Shown piece by piece: positions 59,190 to 64,000 of a stretch of 64,000 bases of DNA (its first letter is position 1; each line of letters starts with the position of its first letter). The position numbers were made by a program, and so were the translations under genes. The stretch is from Ranitomeya imitator (Eukaryota), in the NCBI RefSeq assembly GCF_032444005.1, contig NC_091282.1, positions 280,550,001 through 280,614,000 of the forward strand. Reading direction: 5' to 3'. The notes under the pieces are model-generated. The model worked only from the letters and a program-made list of their open reading frames with translations. It had not been told where the DNA came from and ran no database searches.

Positions 59190-62100
59190 GTTCTGTAGAA
59201 GGACGTAGATCTGGGTATTTATTATGATGGAATATAGGCTGAACTGGATGGACAAATGTCTTTTTCGGCCTTACTAACTATGTTACTATGTTACTATGTT
59301 ACATGGGGTATCAGCATACTCAGGAGAAACTGAACAACAACTTTTGGGGTCCAATTTCTCCTGTAACCCTTGGGAAAATAAAAAATTCTGGGCTAAATAA
59401 TTATTTTTGAGGAAAGAAAACGTATTTATTATTTTCACGGCTCTGCATTATAAACTTCTATGAAGCACTTGGGGGTTCAAAGTGCTCACCACACATCTAG
59501 ATAAGTTCCTTTGGGGGTCTAGTTTCCAAAATGGGGTCACTTGTGGGGGGTTTCTACTGTTAAGCCACATCAGGGGCTCTGCAAACGCAACGTGACGCCC
59601 ACAGTGCATTCCATCAAAGTCTGCATTTCAAAACGTCACTACTTCACTTCCGAACCCTGGCATGTGCCCAAACAGTGATTTACCCCCACATATGGGGTAT
59701 CAGCGTACTCAGGAGAAACTGGACAACAACTTTTGGGGTCAAATTTCTCCTGTTACCCTTGGGAAAATAAAAAATTGCAGGCTAAAAGATCATTTTTGAG
59801 AAAATAATTTTTTATTTTTATTTTCATGGCTCTGCGTTATAAACTTCTGTGAAGCACTTGGGGGTTCAAAGTCCTCACCACACATCTAGATTAGTTCCTT
59901 TGGGGGTCTAGTTTCCAAAATGGGGTCATTTCTGGGGGATCTCCAATGTTTAGGCACACAGGGGCTCTCCAAACGTGACATGGTGTCCGCTAATGATTGG
60001 AGCTAATTTTCCATTTAAAAAGCCAAATGGCGTGCCATCCCTTCCGAGCCCTGCCGTGCGCCCAAACAGTGGTTTACCCCCACATATGGGGTATCAGCCT
60101 GCTCAGGACAAACTGGACAACAATATTTGGGGTCCAATTTCTCCTATTATCCTTGGCAAAATAGGAAATTCCAGGCTAAAAAATCATTTTTGAGGAAAGA
60201 AAAATTATTTTTTATTTTCATGGCTCTGCGTTATAAACTTCTGTGAAGCACCTGGGGGTTTAAAGTGCTCAATATGCATCTAGATAAGTTCCTTGGGGGG
60301 TCTAGTTTCCAAAATGGGGTCACTTGTGGGGGAGCTCCAATGTTTAGGCACACAGGGGCTCTCCAAACGCGACATGGTGTCCGCTAACAATTGGAGCTAA
60401 TTTTCCATTCAAAAAGTCAAATGGCGCGCCTTCCCTTCCGAGCCCTGCCGAGTGCCCAAACAGTGGTTTACCCCCACATATGAGGTATCGGCGTACTCGG
60501 GAGAAATTGCCCAACAAATTTTATGATCCATTTTATCCTACTGCCCATGTGAAAATGAAAAAATTGAGGCGAAAAGAATTTTTTTGTGAAAAAAAAGTAC
60601 TTTTTCATTTTTACAGATCAATTTGTGAAGCACCTGAGGGTTTAAAGTGCTCACTAGGCATCTAAATAAGTTCCTTGGGGGGTCTAGTTTCCAAAATGGG
60701 GTCACTTGTGGGGGAGCGCCAATGTTTAGGCACACAGGAGCTATCCAAACGCGACATGGTGTCCGCTAACGATGGAAATAATTTTTCATTCAAAAAGTCA
60801 AATGGCGCTCCTTCCCTTCCGAGCCTTACCATGTGCCCAAACAGTGGTTTACCCCCACATGTGAGGTATTGGTGTACTCAGGAGAAATTGCCCAACACAT
60901 TTTAGGATCCATTTTATCCTGTTGCCCATGTGAAAATGAAAAAATTGAGGCTAAAAGTTTTTTTTTGTGAAAAAAAAGTACTTTTTCATTTTTACGGATC
61001 AATTTGTGAAGCACCTGGGGGTTCAAAGTGCTCACTATGCATCTAGATAAGTTCCTTGCGGCGTCTTGTTTCCAAAATGGGGTCACTTGTGGGGGAGCTC
61101 CAATTTTTAGGCACACGGGGGCTCTCCAAACGTGACATGGTGTCCGCTAAATAGTGGAGCCAATTTTTGATTCAAAAAGTCAAATGGCGCTCCTTCCCTT
61201 CCAAGCCCTGCCGTGTGCCCAAACAGTGGTTTACCCCCACATATGAGGTATCAGCGTACTCAGGACATATTGGACAACAACTTTCGTGGTTCAGTTTCTC
61301 CTTTTACCATTGGGAAAATAAAAAAATTGTTGCTAAAAGATAATTTTTGTGACTAAAAAGTTAAATGTTCATTTTTTCCTTCCATGTTGCTTCTGCTGCT
61401 GTGAAGCACCTGAAGGGTTAATAAACTTCTTGAATGTGGTTTTGTGCACCTTGAGGGGTGCAGTTTTTAGAATGGTGTCACTTTTAGGTATTTTCAGCCA
61501 TATAGACCCCTCAAACTGACTTCAAATGTGAGGTGGTCCCTAAAAAAAATGGTTTTGTAAATTTCGTTGTAAAAATGACAAATCGCTGGTCAAATTTTAA
61601 CCCTTATAACTTCCTAACAAAAAAAAATTTTGTTTCCAAAATTGTGCTGATGTAAAGTAAACATGTGGGAAATGTTATTTATTAACTATTTTGTGTCACA
61701 TATCTCTCTGGTTTAACAGAATAAAAATTCAAAATGTGAAAATTGCGAAATTTTCAAAATTTTCGCCAAATTTCCGTTTTTATCACAAATAAACGCAGAA
61801 TTTATTGACCTAAATTTACCACTAACATGAAGCCCAATATGTCACGAAAAAACAGTCTCAGAACCGCTAGGATCCGTTGAAGCGTTCCTGAGTTTTTACC
61901 TCATAAAGGGACACTGGTCAGAATTGCAAAAAACGGCAAGGTCTTTAAGGTCAAAATAGGCTGGGTCATGAAGGGGTTAATATGGCCATGTGAGGGCTTA
62001 TTTTTTGCGGGACAAGTTGTACTTTTGAATGATACCATTGGTTTTTCCATGTCGTGTAACAGAAAACAGTAAAAAAAAAAATCCAAGTGTGATGAAATTG

Positions 62101-63049
62101 CAAAAAAAGTGCAATACCACACTTGTTTTTTGTTTGGCTTTTTTACTAGGTTCACTAAATGCTAAAACTAACCTGCCATTATGATTCTCCAGGTCATTAC
62201 AAGGTCATAGACACCAAACATGTCTAGGTTCTTTTTTATCTAAGTGGTGAAATTTTTTTCCCCAAAATTAGCTTTAAAAAAAAAAATGCGCCATTTTCCG
62301 ATAATCATAGCCTCTCCATTTTTTCTTGGCCTGAGGTTGGGTGAGGGCTTATTTTTTGCGTGCCAAGCTGACGTTTTTAATCATATCACTTTTGTGCAGA
62401 TAGGTTTTTTTTGATTGTCCGTTACTGCATTTTAATTTTGGCGGTTTTATTAATTTTCTCGTTACGCCGTTTAGCGTAATCCCTTTTTTTTCTTCTGTAA
62501 CCGATCGGGCGATTCTGAACGCGGCGATACCAATTATGTGTAGGTTTGATTTTTTTTATTTTTTATTGTTTTATTGTGATTGTGATTGTGAGGCAAAAGG
62601 GGGGTGATTTGAACTTTTATATTTTTTTTTAGATTTTTAATCACATTTTTTTTCTTTTTTTTTTGGCATGCTTCAATAGCCTCTGTAGGAGGCTAGAAGC
62701 ATGCACTACACGATCGCCTCTGCTACAAAGAGGTGAAGCACAGATCACCTCTATGTAGCAGAAATGCAGCATTGGTTAGAGTGCCGACCACAGGGTGGCG
62801 CTCACAGCAATCTGCCATCAACAACCATAGAGGTCTCAAGGAGACCTCAGGTTGTTATGGCAATGCACCGCTGACCCCCGATCTTTTGACAGGGGTCAGC
62901 GGTGCGAGCGCTTTTGGCCGCGCGGCCGGCGGCGCTTGTTAAATGCCGCTGTCATAGTTTGACAGCGGCATTTAACTAGTTAATGGGCGCGGGCGGATGG
63001 TGAATCCGCTCGCACCCATTGCGGCCACATGTCAGCTGTTGATAACAGT

Positions 63050-63238
63050 TGTCATGTTGCGGCTTTGAGGTGGGCTTTGAGGTGCAACAAGTTGCATTTT
63101 TTTGCGTCCAAATTTCGGCAAAAAAAAACGCATGCGTCGCAAAACGCAGCGTTTTAGTGTGCGTTTTGGTGCGTTTTTATTTGCGTTGTGCGTTGCGTCG
63201 CCGATGCAGCGGCGCACAACGCTAATGTGAACGTAGCC
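63050..63238. mobile_element. Partial Harbinger-type MITE
   Basis: Ends AATGTGAACGTAGCC|TTA. Confidence 0.65.
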
Positions 63239-63416
63239 TTAAATAGTCAAGCAATGCAAGTTAATCTCACCACATCTTCCTTTTGACCTCTGGATGCTGT
63301 CTTGAAGGACAACAGTTGTGAGCTATATAAGTGGGATATGCCTCTGTAACAGATAAGCCCACAGATCCAAGGAACCAGATCCTCTTTACAAAACCACAGC
63401 CAGGAACCCTCTAAAG

Positions 63417-63578
63417 CAGGGATCCCCAACTCCAGTCCTCAAGGCCCACCAACAGGTCATGTTTTCAGGATTTCCTTTGCATTGCACAGGTGATGCAATT
63501 ATTACCTGGGCAAGACTAAGGAAATCCTGAAAACATGACATGTTGGTGGGCCTTGAGGACTGGAGTTGGGGATCCCTG
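63417..63578. mobile_element. hAT MITE
   Basis: Long TIR CAGGGATCCCCAACTCCAGTCCTCAAGGCCCACCAAC; perfect 8-bp TSD CTCTAAAG. Confidence 0.95.
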
Positions 63579-63641
63579 CTCTAAAGGATAGCTGCCAGAC
63601 AATGCCAGCTTAGGGGACCACGGCCTTGCTGAAAGAATATA

Positions 63642-63840
63642 CAGGTGCTTCTAACAAAATGAGAATATCATCAAACAGTTAATTTATTTCAGTTCTTCAA
63701 TACAAAAAGTGAAACTTCATATATTATATAGAGTCATTACAAACAGAGTGATCTATTTCAAGTGTTTATTTCTGTTAATGTTGATTATGGCTTACAGCCA
63801 AGGAAAACCCAAAAGTCATTATCTCAGTAAATTAGAATAA
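63642..63840 (+). mobile_element. Tc1-like element 5' end, interrupted at TTAA
   Basis: TA|CAGGTGCTTCT... terminus. Confidence 0.6.
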
Positions 63841-63844
63841 TTAA

Positions 63845-64000
63845 CCCCTTCATGACCCAGCCTATTTTGAACTTAAAGACCTTGCCGTTTTTTGCAATTC
63901 TGACCAGTGTCCCTTTATGAGGTAATAACTCAGGAACGCTTCAACGGATCCTAGCGGTTCTGAGATTGTTTTTTCGTGACATATTGGGCTTCATGTTAGT
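63845..64000. mobile_element. Start of another piggyBac-like family B copy
   Basis: TTAA|CCCCTTCATGACCCAGCC, reverse complement of 61820-61976. Confidence 0.88.

Larger units (their letters stand above)
47278..59302 (+). mobile_element. 5'-truncated CR1 (47278-47335 + 58421-59302), split by a full-length CR1
   Basis: Both pieces join to FADDTKLCKAVNTREDSI|LLQMDLDKL...; (TTACTATG)n tail. Flanks rejoin as CCCCACAT+ATGGGG. Confidence 0.9.
44615..61976. mobile_element. piggyBac-like family B element inserted in family A
   Basis: TTAA TSD at 44611-44614 and 61977-61980; CACCTT.../...AAGGGG termini; ~390-bp units at 46370-47277 and 59303-61300. Confidence 0.85.
44537..63050. mobile_element. piggyBac-like family A host element (outermost nesting layer)
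   Basis: TTAA|CCCCTTAACC start. Sequence before 44611 joins 61981 to match the uninterrupted copy at about 7540-7580. Right end approximate. Confidence 0.7.

Overview
Eukaryotic genomic DNA from a vertebrate, most likely an anuran frog (inferred from the TE landscape). It is almost all intron of one + strand host gene, EP400 (SWR1/SRCAP-family chromatin remodeller). Ten in-frame GT-AG exons (11910-43397, 1748 nt) encode the split-ATPase insertion and the C-terminal helicase lobe. The window begins and ends inside introns. Two SNORA49-like H/ACA snoRNAs lie in consecutive introns (42155-42281, 42999-43126), and there is a weaker third H/ACA-like candidate. The introns are packed with transposons. 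(1) A fully intact DIRS1-type tyrosine-recombinase retrotransposon (440-5859) sits inside the YR gene of an older DIRS, and several further DIRS relics are present. (2) A Penelope-like element carries a hammerhead-like motif and a retained 5' intron. (3) There are V-SINEs, an L2 with an intact ORF2 preceded by a 2A-like peptide, and a near full-length CR1 with about 24 x 126-bp octamer-containing 5' monomers. (4) DNA elements include TTAA-specific piggyBac-like non-autonomous elements, Harbinger/hAT/Tc2/Kolobok-T2 MITEs and a Lep1-like Helitron. 44.5-63 kb is a five-level nested insertion. There is one 206-N assembly gap. Comparisons to human EP400, SNORA49 and 28S rRNA are from memory and need database confirmation.
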